From positions 1-46,488 of IMG/VR virus record IMGVR_UViG_3300032067_000004: 46,488 nucleotides of DNA. One strand, given 5' to 3'. Positions 1 to 8,521 of the stretch are shown in pieces. Position numbers and translations under genes: made by a program. This DNA comes from a virus (taxonomy: Duplodnaviria > Caudoviricetes). The notes below the pieces were generated by a model, which was not told where the DNA came from, did not search any database, and saw only the letters and a list, made by a program, of their open reading frames with translations. The number at the start of each line of letters is the position of its first letter. Within the stretch, counting starts at the first letter, position 1.

Positions 1-50
1 GCGGTATGGTTACTTTCTCATCTTCTTCCTCATACCTTGCGTGTCCAATG
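1..50. repeat. Terminal direct repeat (identical to 46439-46488); probable assembly circularisation overlap
   Basis: The first 50 nt equal the last 50 nt. The same 50-mer also occurs at 829-878 inside the paralogous gene. Confidence 0.9.
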
Positions 51-303
51 GGCTAACAACAGTGCAACAAGGGCAGCAAAGACAGCAGCATGGGCAGCAT
101 GGGCAGCAAAGACAGCAGCAGAGGCAGCAGAGTCAGCAGCATGGGCAGCATGGGCAGCAGAATCAGCAGCATGGGCAGCCGCAGATGCAGCACGGGCAGC
201 AGAATCAGCAGCAGAATCAGCAGCATGGGCAACAAGGGCAGCAGAATGGGCAGCATATAAACTTGCCATTGAAGATGGTTTTAATCTTCTTTCCAATCAA
301 TGA
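1..303 (+). CDS. 3' part of Ala/Trp-repeat (AAW/AAES) phage protein, copy A; starts at 46301 and wraps the join (about 146 aa)
   Basis: Continues in frame from 46301 across the 50-nt overlap; near-identical to 691-1161 outside the repeat tract. Confidence 0.8.
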   Translation, partial: AVWLLSHLLPHTLRVQWANNSATRAAKTAAWAAWAAKTAAEAAESAAWAAWAAESAAWAAADAARAAESAAESAAWATRAAEWAAYKLAIEDGFNLLSNQ

Positions 304-355
304 AAGACTTGTGCACATCTTGATGACATTCGGCCCTAATTTGTAATTTCACAAA

Positions 356-655
356 ATGAAAGATACACTCAAGGCAGTTCCTACAAAGAGTGAAGGCATT
401 GGCTATATCAAATTTGATCGAAAAAAAGGAACACGCATTCATACTGTCGGCGCCGAAGCTATCGAATTTCTGGAATGGTATGAGAAAAATAATCGGCTGC
501 AATTCACTATGCTGCCATTTCAACAATCCAACTTTTTGTTAGCTTACAAAAACCAAGGTGTATGGCGTTTCACTCAAGCTTTTCAAACGCTAGCTGATGC
601 GATTACTTATCTTTCCCCTTCCAGACTCCGAGTTTTAATTGAATACACATCATAA
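356..655 (+). CDS. Hypothetical protein
   Basis: 99-aa ORF with its ATG directly after a palindromic motif. Confidence 0.65.
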   Translation: MKDTLKAVPTKSEGIGYIKFDRKKGTRIHTVGAEAIEFLEWYEKNNRLQFTMLPFQQSNFLLAYKNQGVWRFTQAFQTLADAITYLSPSRLRVLIEYTS

Positions 656-690
656 GACGACAAAACAACGATTCGAAAGACTTCCAATCT

Positions 691-1161
691 ATGAAAATCC
701 AACTCACCCTTGAACAAGTTCAATCTTACTCCCCTTGCTACACAGAGGAAAAGTTAAAATCTTTTTTTCCAAACAACGAACCCAGAGAAGTAACTTTAGA
801 ATCTCTTCTCTCACTTCCACTTCGGGATGCGGTATGGTTACTTTCTCATCTTCTTCCTCATACCTTGCGTGTCCAATGGGCTAACAACAGTGCAACAAGG
901 GCAGCAAAGACAGCAGCATGGGCAGCAGAATGGGCAGCATGGGCAGCATGGGCAGCAAAGACAGCAGCAGAGGCAGCAGAGTCAGCAACAAGGGCAGCAG
1001 AATCAGCAGCAGAATCAGCAGCATGGGCAGCAGAATCAGCAGCAGAATCAGCAGCATGGACAGCAGCAGATGCAGCACGGGCAGCAGCAGAATCAACAGC
1101 AGGAAAGTCAGCATATAAACTCGCCATTGAAGATGGTTTTAATCTTCTTTCCAATCAATGA
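691..1161 (+). CDS. Ala/Trp-repeat helical phage protein, copy B
   Basis: 156 aa; unique N-terminus followed by an AAW/AAES/ATR/AAKT repeat tract. Confidence 0.8.
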   Translation: MKIQLTLEQVQSYSPCYTEEKLKSFFPNNEPREVTLESLLSLPLRDAVWLLSHLLPHTLRVQWANNSATRAAKTAAWAAEWAAWAAWAAKTAAEAAESATRAAESAAESAAWAAESAAESAAWTAADAARAAAESTAGKSAYKLAIEDGFNLLSNQ

Positions 1162-1208
1162 AAGACACGATTGATTGAAACCAAATTTTAATTGAATACA
1201 CATCATGA
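1158..1208 (+). pseudogene. Internally deleted relic of the 356-655 gene
   Basis: Reads MKDTID*NQILIEYTS* versus MKDT...LIEYTS* for 356-655; nt 1186-1215 match 632-661 with one mismatch. Confidence 0.6.
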
Positions 1209-1354
1209 GACGACGTGAAACAAGTGGCAAACCTGAACCAAAACACCAACTCGAAAAACTTCCTACAAGAAAGGAAATGCAAGCAACCAATCCAAAATAC
1301 AAAGTCACTTTTCGTGACGGTGTAACTTCACTATTCAATAAGAAAAAGAAATGA
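1205..1354 (+). CDS. Small basic hypothetical protein (49 aa)
   Basis: ATG-TGA ORF filling the gap, with ATGA overlap into the next gene. Confidence 0.45.
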   Translation: MRRRETSGKPEPKHQLEKLPTRKEMQATNPKYKVTFRDGVTSLFNKKKK

Positions 1355-1623
1355 ATACTCTAATGTTTCTATCAGGAGTAGGTATCGGCGCATTAACCTC
1401 AATGTGCTTACTTTGGTGGGTAGTTATAAAAAGCGTTAAAAAAATCAAACAAGATGAAGAGCATCCATACCTTACGCTCATGAAAGAGCGCAATGCAATC
1501 GCGCAAAAACAACTTGATCTTCAAGTAAGTCATGTCGAGCAAACAAAGAAACAAATTGCGGAATGGAATTCACAAATGACACCTCCATCCGCAGCAACCT
1601 TTATTCATCCAAATGAATGCTGA
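1351..1623 (+). CDS. Hypothetical single-pass membrane protein
   Basis: N-terminal hydrophobic segment followed by a basic, coiled-coil-like tail. Confidence 0.65.
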   Translation: MNTLMFLSGVGIGALTSMCLLWWVVIKSVKKIKQDEEHPYLTLMKERNAIAQKQLDLQVSHVEQTKKQIAEWNSQMTPPSAATFIHPNEC

Positions 1624-1688
1624 ACGAAACAAGTTTTTTCGTCTTCTTTTTCTTCTTGTAATATCTATCCTCACTTCTTATTACTCTT

Positions 1689-1883
1689 ATGCCCAACGAA
1701 ACCCGCAAACTCCGATCCAAGTTCAAAACAGCCAAAATTCTCGCTGATCATATTGCGATTCGTGCAAAACTTGTAAGCTTACAAATGCACGTCACTTTCA
1801 CTCCAGAACCTGAATCATTCATGGCGTTCGCTCGTCGAAGAGGGATTCGATACAACGGAGCAAATGCAGGAAGAGGATATTGA
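1689..1883 (+). CDS. Hypothetical protein
   Basis: ORF in a tightly packed operon. Confidence 0.55.
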   Translation: MPNETRKLRSKFKTAKILADHIAIRAKLVSLQMHVTFTPEPESFMAFARRRGIRYNGANAGRGY

Positions 1884-1893
1884 AAGATAGTTT

Positions 1894-2205
1894 ATGCTTG
1901 CGACTGTTCAAAGGACTTGCTACCGTTCAGATGGCATGCCTTACATGGAACATCGCACGTATGATCAAGCATTGAAATTATGGGGATGGAGTGACAAATC
2001 AATTGACGCTTGGATTTTTGAAGATTGGGATATTGCAGAACAGCATATCAAACTATTGAAACTCCAAGGCGAAAAGAAATTTGTTGCTCCATTCGTCCAC
2101 TCCAAATCTGAACAAGAAAAACGAAAATTTATTTTAGAAGCTTACAAAAAAGGTATTTCACCTGATGAAGCTTACCGCCAGTTAGAAAAAAGAAATTTAG
2201 CATGA
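1894..2205 (+). CDS. Hypothetical protein
   Basis: ORF in operon. Confidence 0.6.
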   Translation: MLATVQRTCYRSDGMPYMEHRTYDQALKLWGWSDKSIDAWIFEDWDIAEQHIKLLKLQGEKKFVAPFVHSKSEQEKRKFILEAYKKGISPDEAYRQLEKRNLA

Positions 2206-2212
2206 ACAAATA

Positions 2213-2494
2213 ATGGATAAAACTTTCTGCGACAGTTGCAAACAGGAAAAGACGGACAAAAATACATGGCAACGTAGTGATCGAATCACAGTCCCAATCA
2301 CAACAAAACCTTGGCTTAAAGATTATACTGTTGATGTTGAAATTTCTGTGCATAATGATTACAATTGGATTTGCAAAAATTGTCAACTTAGTGCAGTATC
2401 AGCATATCTAAAGAAACAATTCCTAGCTAATTTGTTACCTAACAAAATCAAGGTTGGTAAATCCAAATCAAAAGCTAAAAAACCTCGCAAATAA
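2213..2494 (+). CDS. Hypothetical Zn-finger protein
   Basis: Two CxxC pairs (CDSC, CKNC). Confidence 0.6.
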   Translation: MDKTFCDSCKQEKTDKNTWQRSDRITVPITTKPWLKDYTVDVEISVHNDYNWICKNCQLSAVSAYLKKQFLANLLPNKIKVGKSKSKAKKPRK

Positions 2495-3207
2495 TGGACC
2501 TTATCATTTCTCCTTTTGTAGAGCGGCAGATTTCAGAAATTCTCGCACCGCTCAAGAAACCTGAAAAGTGGATGGCATTCAATCTGCCTTTCTTTCCTAA
2601 ACCTTTTGCTATTGTGCGCATGGAAGGGCAGCCAGGAACAGGAAAAACAACGATAGCTCGACATATGGCGAATCAAGTCAGCACACGATCTTCCATTATT
2701 AATTTTGCTGATGTTGCCAATTCACATTTTTCTGAGACAGAAACGAAAATCACAACAGCTTTTGCGGAAGCTACAAAGAAGAAAAAGAATACTCTTATCT
2801 TTGAAGAAGCGGACGCGCTTTTTTGGGACCGAAGCATGATCAATGAAGATAACATCCTAAATATTGGGATAGTTAATACTCTTCTTGTAGAGATCGACAA
2901 ATGGAAACAGCGGCAAATTCCTTCTCTACTCCTATTCACAACCAATCATCCTGACTTGATTGATAAAGCTTTGGAATCTCGAATCACAGACGTTGTTAAG
3001 CTGCAACCTCCCATTGGTGAATTGGCAGAGCAAATGTGGATTTCCAAATTTCCAAAGAATTTGAAATATGACAAAGCGGATATTTCTGCAATGGCAACAT
3101 GGGGTTGCACACCTCGCCAAATGGAAGATGCTGTAATTCATGCATGTCGTCGCGCTCTTCTTGAAAATCGTGCAGTAAGAATCGAAGATATACATCAGAA
3201 TTCATGA
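2494..3207 (+). CDS. AAA+ ATPase (classical AAA type)
   Basis: Walker A GQPGTGKT, Walker B LIFEEAD, sensor TTN and DKALESR arginine-finger region. Confidence 0.9.
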   Translation: MDLIISPFVERQISEILAPLKKPEKWMAFNLPFFPKPFAIVRMEGQPGTGKTTIARHMANQVSTRSSIINFADVANSHFSETETKITTAFAEATKKKKNTLIFEEADALFWDRSMINEDNILNIGIVNTLLVEIDKWKQRQIPSLLLFTTNHPDLIDKALESRITDVVKLQPPIGELAEQMWISKFPKNLKYDKADISAMATWGCTPRQMEDAVIHACRRALLENRAVRIEDIHQNS

Positions 3208-3584
3208 AAACTCCCATTATTGTAAAAATCAAAAATAAATCCTCTGAAATTTGGTATATTGATATTGAAGAAGGGGACAATTTGGATGAAAAAGTCAAAA
3301 GCATATTACCTAAAACTCTTGCATTCGACCAACTTATCGGATTTGTTTGCTTTTGTGAAAGTTGTCAACATACTTTTCTTTTGCAAATGGCATATCTCGC
3401 AGGACAAATTGGAGAGTTTATTGACGCAACTTCACTTGATGTAGTGCGACAATTCATTGTAGATGCTAATCCAAATTCAATGATTGCAGAACAGCGTCCC
3501 TGCCATCTACTTACAATTGATATGCTTCTCTCTTGTAGAAGTGTGTTGCAAAAAATTCCTGAAAATATTGTCATTAAAGATTGA
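3204..3584 (+). CDS. Hypothetical protein
   Basis: ATGA-coupled ORF containing CFCESC. Confidence 0.6.
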   Translation: MKTPIIVKIKNKSSEIWYIDIEEGDNLDEKVKSILPKTLAFDQLIGFVCFCESCQHTFLLQMAYLAGQIGEFIDATSLDVVRQFIVDANPNSMIAEQRPCHLLTIDMLLSCRSVLQKIPENIVIKD

Positions 3585-3608
3585 CAAATAATAAATTTCT
3601 GCTATATT
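3581..3608 (+). promoter_or_regulatory. Sigma70-type promoter
   Basis: TTGACA-16-TATATT with an extended -10 TG. Confidence 0.7.
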
Positions 3609-3619
3609 AACACTATCAA

Positions 3620-4066
3620 ATGAGTATTCTTAAAGAACAACATCGCCGTAAGTTGTCTCCGCGTGTCTCTTCTACAAAAGAAGAGACGGTAAAAAAAGCT
3701 GCGGAAGAAGTTTTAGCTGGTCAGCTTGCGGTGACTGATGTTCAAAAGAAATACAAAATTGATTTTGTCACATTACAAAACTACATCAGAAAAGAATTTC
3801 CTACTGATGTCGAAAAATATGATTTTCTAGAAAACGTCATGCAAGCCAATGCGATGATGGCAGCAGGACATTTTGCGGATAAGGTAGGTGAGCTATCTGC
3901 AATTGATGCCGCCCGCGCCGCTAATATGTTTGCTAATACTGCACTTTCAATCAAAAAAGCCAGAGAAGACGGGTTCAAAGAACGCCCAATCAGTATTGGA
4001 GTTTTAATCAATCTCGAAAAAACCCTTAAAAATGTAACTCCTGCAACTGTCACAATCAATGAGTAA
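3620..4066 (+). CDS. Putative HTH DNA-binding protein (psq-like HTH; could be a small terminase or a regulator)
   Basis: KAAEEVLAGQLAVTDVQKKYKIDFVTLQNYIRK resembles an HTH. Confidence 0.5.
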   Translation: MSILKEQHRRKLSPRVSSTKEETVKKAAEEVLAGQLAVTDVQKKYKIDFVTLQNYIRKEFPTDVEKYDFLENVMQANAMMAAGHFADKVGELSAIDAARAANMFANTALSIKKAREDGFKERPISIGVLINLEKTLKNVTPATVTINE

Positions 4067-4286
4067 GCCAAAGAAAAAAACAAAACGCGCCGCCTCCTTG
4101 GTGCCGGGGATTATTCAAGTATTGAAGACAAGTTCCAGATTTACTTGCAAATTCAGTGATCTTCCCGAATCCTACAGAAACCAACCCTATAATCTTGCGT
4201 CAAAGATTGCATCTCGGGGAGGAATACAAGTCAGAGCAGTGTTTAATAAAGATCAAGACGCATTTTGCCTAATTAGACAATCATGA
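4059..4286 (+). CDS. Hypothetical basic protein
   Basis: Overlapping coupled ORF. Confidence 0.6.
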   Translation: MSKPKKKTKRAASLVPGIIQVLKTSSRFTCKFSDLPESYRNQPYNLASKIASRGGIQVRAVFNKDQDAFCLIRQS

Positions 4287-4612
4287 AAGCTACCCTACAA
4301 CCATTCTACGACAATCTCATTTTGGAAGCAATCGAGGCTGCGGATCGCACATCATCGGGAATTATTATTCCAGAAGCACATCGAGTGGATCTTTCACAAG
4401 GAAAAGTAATTGATAAAGGACCCCTCGTTTCTGATTCAATTAAGCTCGGCGACATTGTATTTTATGCGCCACATAGTGAAACGCGAATTGCGTGGCGTGG
4501 AAATAAATATCGTATTGTCGCTGAAAGTAATTGCCTCGGGCGAATTCGCGAAGAGGAATCGGAACCCCATCCAGAACTGAATTTGGAAGGTAACAAAACC
4601 GATGCCGCTTGA
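4283..4612 (+). CDS. groES: Co-chaperonin GroES (Cpn10) homolog
   Basis: LQPFYDNLIL...TSSGIIIP...GKVIDKGP...IKLGDIVFY pattern. Confidence 0.9.
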   Translation: MKATLQPFYDNLILEAIEAADRTSSGIIIPEAHRVDLSQGKVIDKGPLVSDSIKLGDIVFYAPHSETRIAWRGNKYRIVAESNCLGRIREEESEPHPELNLEGNKTDAA

Positions 4613-4961
4613 ATGTCCTGCAAATTACTTTGGTAAAGGTAAGGATTACATCCTCCAACCTGACTTTGCCGAAGAATTTGATCGTCGATGGAAAATTTGG
4701 GAGAAAGAAAATCCCGAAGACCCTACAGGAGAAAAAGCATTAGCTTTCTATGAATCTTCGCAATCTACAGAAAGAAAAGAAGAGACGGCTAATCAAGGGC
4801 AAACCGAAAAACAAGCTCTCGAAGATACTAAAAAATTTCGTCTTGAACTTGATGCTCAAGACATAGAGAGACTGAAAGCATATGCAAAATACAAGCGAAA
4901 ACGCCCCCGCGACATCATTACCCTCTGGATCAAAACCTATACCCCTGAAGTCCACGGTTAG
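4602..4961 (+). CDS. Protein with a C-terminal ribbon-helix-helix (CopG-like) DNA-binding domain
   Basis: KFRLELDAQDIERLKAYAKYKRKRPRDIITLWI has a beta-alpha-alpha pattern. Confidence 0.55.
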   Translation: MPLECPANYFGKGKDYILQPDFAEEFDRRWKIWEKENPEDPTGEKALAFYESSQSTERKEETANQGQTEKQALEDTKKFRLELDAQDIERLKAYAKYKRKRPRDIITLWIKTYTPEVHG

Positions 4962-5076
4962 CCACGAAGATTTGATCCAAAGAATGCGAGGATGCAGTTT
5001 AGCTGTAATTCGCCAACGTCTTGTAAAACTCACAGAAGAAGAATACACTGCGGTTGTAAAACTTTTCAAACATTAA
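4882..5076 (+). CDS. Hypothetical protein
   Basis: Short ORF overlapping the previous gene and ending at a motif. Confidence 0.4.
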   Translation: MQNTSENAPATSLPSGSKPIPLKSTVSHEDLIQRMRGCSLAVIRQRLVKLTEEEYTAVVKLFKH

Positions 5077-5085
5077 TTTTGTAAG

Positions 5086-5280
5086 ATGACAAATCTCATA
5101 TCCACACATAAATTAACTGGCTACCGTATGGTGTGGCGCGGTTATAGATATGGTTGGATATGGGAACCAACTTTCACAATTGTCCTTATAAAGACAAGTG
5201 AAACGCGTTGTGTCAGCAACGTGAAACGACCAACATTGCGCTGCAAGCGCCCACGTCAGGAGGCATCTACTTATGGTTAA
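5086..5280 (+). CDS. Hypothetical protein
   Basis: ATG embedded in the palindromic motif. Confidence 0.45.
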   Translation: MTNLISTHKLTGYRMVWRGYRYGWIWEPTFTIVLIKTSETRCVSNVKRPTLRCKRPRQEASTYG

Positions 5281-5414
5281 TTACACCCACCTTGGACGGG
5301 TGGGAACCTGCAATTTGAACTGACATTCAACACAGGCAACATAATAACTGGCAACCGTGACAGATTCCGCGGTATAAGGTTAAGTGGATTATTCCGACAG
5401 ATAAAATTCGCAAT

Positions 5415-5469
5415 TGGGGAGAGGTGTTAGACCAATGCCTCGCAAGTTTAACCCTCTCCCCATTCTTTT
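5415..5469 (+). terminator. Long hairpin, probable terminator or structured RNA element
   Basis: TGGGGAGAGG/CCTCTCCCCA stem plus inner GTTAGAC/GTTTAAC stem, followed by TTCTTTT. Confidence 0.5.
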
Positions 5470-6789
5470 ATGCTTGATCAATTAGACGATAATCAAAAAC
5501 GCGCGTTAGATATGATGGCTGAACCATCTTCTCCAAATGTGTTTGTTGCATGGTGGGCAATGGGGACTGGCAAAACACGTTTAGCTCTCGCCGCGTTTTA
5601 TTTGTCAGATTACAAAGATTGTATTATTGTCTGTAGGAGAATTTCATTTGAAGATTGGATGGATGAAATGGAAACAATTGGATTTAATAATGCCAATTGC
5701 TATACCAATGATTATCAACCAACCAATCTAGTTAAATTGTCATGTCACAAAAATCCTAAAAGGATTCTTTTTTTGTCAGCAGGTGATCTTAAAAACATTC
5801 CAATTTACTTTCCAAAAGGTCAAATGTTGATTGTTGATGAACTTTACCTCTTTTGCAATGCACAAGCCAAACGATCTATCCTTTTGCGTCAAATGTCATT
5901 ATTTTGTTCTGCGAGGATTGGTTTATCAGGAACCATCATGCCATCGCGAGACAATACTGCAATCTTTGGTCAACTTGCTGCTCTTAATGCACATCATCCA
6001 CTTGCTTCTGGAACAACAGAATTCCGCCTTCGATTCCAAGTTAAATCGAAGACAAAATATGGCATTAGCTATGTTAATAAACCGAATTCTGACCAAGCAA
6101 TTAACGCACTTATCAGCGATCGAGTTGATTGCTACTTTCCTGAAAGTCGCCCGACACGAATACAACTTTGTAAACTCGACAAAACGAAAGAGCAAGAATT
6201 AGCAATTAAAGAGCTAAAAGAAACCTATAACCACAAAGATAAATCATATAAATATGCTCTTCAAATTGTTCATGCTATTAATGGCATTAGCAATGGATGG
6301 TTTGTTAATTCGGATAACAATTTGGAATATTACAAATCATCGAAACTCGAAAAATTATTTTCTTTGGTTGATGATATTGTTGCAGGTGGACATCGTGTTG
6401 TCGTGTGGTGTGCTTATCATGCTGATATTTCTCGAATTGCTAAAGATCTAAAACATCCGTGGTTGGAATTTTCTGGGACTACTCCTTTTTCTTCTGTAGA
6501 ATGGCAAAGTGGTAAGTTTTCAGTTGTGCTTGCAACAGAAGCGATGGGTGCATCAGTCAATCATTTTAAGCACGTTAAATACGCAGTCTATTACTCAATT
6601 AATTACAAGTATTTAGATTTGCAACAATCAATGGCTCGCCATGAAAGGAAAGGTTCACAACATGATGGCGCGCATTACTACTTTTTACAGACACGAGGAA
6701 CGATGGATGCCCGAGCTTATCAACTCGTAAGTGATTCGCGTTCTACAGAAGAAGAAATAATAAAAATACTAGCAAATGAATCTTGGTGA
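5470..6789 (+). CDS. SNF2-like superfamily II helicase
   Basis: WAMGTGKT, IVDEL, LSGT and QSMARHER motifs. Confidence 0.9.
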   Translation: MLDQLDDNQKRALDMMAEPSSPNVFVAWWAMGTGKTRLALAAFYLSDYKDCIIVCRRISFEDWMDEMETIGFNNANCYTNDYQPTNLVKLSCHKNPKRILFLSAGDLKNIPIYFPKGQMLIVDELYLFCNAQAKRSILLRQMSLFCSARIGLSGTIMPSRDNTAIFGQLAALNAHHPLASGTTEFRLRFQVKSKTKYGISYVNKPNSDQAINALISDRVDCYFPESRPTRIQLCKLDKTKEQELAIKELKETYNHKDKSYKYALQIVHAINGISNGWFVNSDNNLEYYKSSKLEKLFSLVDDIVAGGHRVVVWCAYHADISRIAKDLKHPWLEFSGTTPFSSVEWQSGKFSVVLATEAMGASVNHFKHVKYAVYYSINYKYLDLQQSMARHERKGSQHDGAHYYFLQTRGTMDARAYQLVSDSRSTEEEIIKILANESW

Positions 6790-6964
6790 TAATCCACTAG
6801 CAGAAGAATATCGGGCAGCATCACATGATTGGCAAAAGAAATGGAAAGCTGCCGATGATGAGTTACAAAAAGCTAAACAAGAAATTGTAAGCTTACAAAC
6901 TAAACTAAAAGAAGCTGGTGAATTAATTGCACTGGCTAAAACTATTTTACTTTTTTATACATGA
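6776..6964 (+). CDS. Hypothetical coiled-coil protein
   Basis: Heptad-like ORF. Confidence 0.55.
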   Translation: MNLGDNPLAEEYRAASHDWQKKWKAADDELQKAKQEIVSLQTKLKEAGELIALAKTILLFYT

Positions 6965-7128
6965 AAGGCTTTGTTTCTGTAGAGTCATATGGACAGGTGC
7001 AGGAAATGAATCGTAAGAATTTGATGCTCATACATCAGATGCGAAAAGAAATGATTGAGTTGAAAAATCAAAATCGTCAACTCAAGAAATTTTTAAAAAG
7101 AGTGTCAATACTACTTGACAGAAAGTAA
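6961..7128 (+). CDS. Hypothetical small coiled-coil protein (55 aa)
   Basis: ATGA-coupled ORF MKGFVSVE...LLDRK. Confidence 0.5.
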   Translation: MKGFVSVESYGQVQEMNRKNLMLIHQMRKEMIELKNQNRQLKKFLKRVSILLDRK

Positions 7129-7143
7129 CTTTTGTGATATTAT
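7115..7143 (+). promoter_or_regulatory. Sigma70-type promoter
   Basis: TTGACA-17-TATTAT with an extended -10 TG; ATG 7 nt downstream. Confidence 0.75.
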
Positions 7144-7150
7144 AATAAAA

Positions 7151-8104
7151 ATGAGTGATCCAATCTTTTCTCCCCATATTCTTCGCGCTGAAACTTTGGA
7201 AGATGGTGTTACGCAATCTGAACTTTCAATGTTTGATGAATGTGCGTTTAAATGGAATGCACGGTATAACTGGCTTTTACAGCGTGCAGATCATTTTCCT
7301 TGGCCTTTGTTCGTAGGAGCAGCGTGGCATAATTTTCAGGAAGCCTTTCACAAAGACCCAAATTGTGATGTTACAAAATTTGTTGAGCCAGTAATTCCGG
7401 GTAATATCGCTCGTGATTCTGAATTTGAGAAATGGTTGGATTATTGGGCATGTGTGATGCCTGCATATCAACAAGTATATGCAAGGATTTATGAAGAGGA
7501 ACGCCATCATGAGTGGTTTATTGTAGAAGAAGAACTTTCCGCTAATTTGTTAGATTTCAAAATTCGTGGAAAGATTGATCTTGCTTCTGAAACCTTGAAA
7601 TTTATTCGAGATTTTAAATCGACTGCATCAGCTTGGCTTACGGCTCCAGACGGGTGGCAATTTAAGTTACAATTCATGACTTATTGCTGGCTGATGGTTC
7701 AAAACTATCCGAAATGGGGGAAGAAGAAATTTGCATTTCAATTGGATATGATGCAAAAACCGGGACTCAAACAAACAAAAGCGGATGGAACTTGGACTGG
7801 ACATATTACTCGCGTTTGCAATGATATTGCTTCTCGTCCTGAATTTTACTTTCAGCGATCTTCGTGTGACATATTTCCAGAAGCAATTAAACGATTCGAA
7901 GATGAAGTTTTAGTGCCTAAGCTTCAACGTCTGGCATTGGTTCGTGATAATCCTGCTGAGTGTGAGTCAATTATCTTGAACAAAAACACTAATGCTTGCA
8001 ATTCATTTGGCAACCGTTGTGAATTTTGGGATATTTGTGAAAAAGGATGGGATGTCTCCAAATTCTTTTTTCAAAATCGTGAAATCAAACATCAAGAGCT
8101 ATGA
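7151..8104 (+). CDS. PD-(D/E)XK exonuclease, Cas4/RecB-like, with probable Fe-S cysteines
   Basis: N-terminal Cys, E...RGKIDL...DFKS and C-terminal CxxxxxxCxxxxxC. Start moved to the ATG downstream of the promoter. Confidence 0.85.
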   Translation: MSDPIFSPHILRAETLEDGVTQSELSMFDECAFKWNARYNWLLQRADHFPWPLFVGAAWHNFQEAFHKDPNCDVTKFVEPVIPGNIARDSEFEKWLDYWACVMPAYQQVYARIYEEERHHEWFIVEEELSANLLDFKIRGKIDLASETLKFIRDFKSTASAWLTAPDGWQFKLQFMTYCWLMVQNYPKWGKKKFAFQLDMMQKPGLKQTKADGTWTGHITRVCNDIASRPEFYFQRSSCDIFPEAIKRFEDEVLVPKLQRLALVRDNPAECESIILNKNTNACNSFGNRCEFWDICEKGWDVSKFFFQNREIKHQEL

Positions 8105-8292
8105 TCACACTTGATCTTACAGAAGAAGAAGCAGAATGGCTTCGAGATCGAATGCAAAATCCTTTACATGAAAATGAATCATATACAGATGAACAACAAC
8201 GGCATTCATTTTTTACCGTCCTTAATGAAGGATTAGGGCAGGGGCATCGAAATAAAGAATTCGTAAATGGTCCTGATGATATTCCTTTTTAA
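8101..8292 (+). CDS. Small acidic protein ending in DDIPF
   Basis: 63 aa; C-terminus matches the bacterial SSB acidic tip. Confidence 0.65.
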   Translation: MITLDLTEEEAEWLRDRMQNPLHENESYTDEQQRHSFFTVLNEGLGQGHRNKEFVNGPDDIPF

Positions 8293-8502
8293 ATGAAACT
8301 AAACGATTCTTCTCTAATGCCTTTTGGAAAACATAAAGGAATAAAAATGATAGATGTCCCAGCCCAGTATCTTTTATGGCTTTGGGATAATGGCGTGTAT
8401 GCAGAACCATCTAAACCTATTCATCAGTATATTAAAGAAGTCTTTTCAGTTCTTGAAATAGAATGTAAAGATTACATTGTGCAACATAAACCTTTAAAAT
8501 AA
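8293..8502 (+). CDS. DUF3820/ExoX-C-terminal-like small protein
   Basis: MPFGKHKG...DVPAQYLLWL signature. Confidence 0.8.
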   Translation: MKLNDSSLMPFGKHKGIKMIDVPAQYLLWLWDNGVYAEPSKPIHQYIKEVFSVLEIECKDYIVQHKPLK

Positions 8503-8521
8503 TTTGTAACCTCACAAAATT

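Noticed and set aside
1-1161. Diversity-generating retroelement template/variable repeat pair
   Set aside because: No reverse transcriptase in the window; differences are mainly module indels, not adenine-specific substitutions.
30-1174. Gln-rich, Leu-rich and antisense Ala-rich ORFs over the repeat tracts
   Set aside because: Shadow frames of the stop-free GCA-rich repeat; only the Ala/Trp frame has a proper unique N-terminus.
5281-5469. tmRNA or tRNA
   Set aside because: No T-arm (GTTCRA) or proper acceptor arrangement, and the would-be tag does not end in an AA-type degron. Kept only as a possible unknown structured RNA.
7151-8104. Cas4 as part of a CRISPR-Cas system
   Set aside because: No other cas genes or array; the context is the usual phage exonuclease-Sak4-SSB recombination module.
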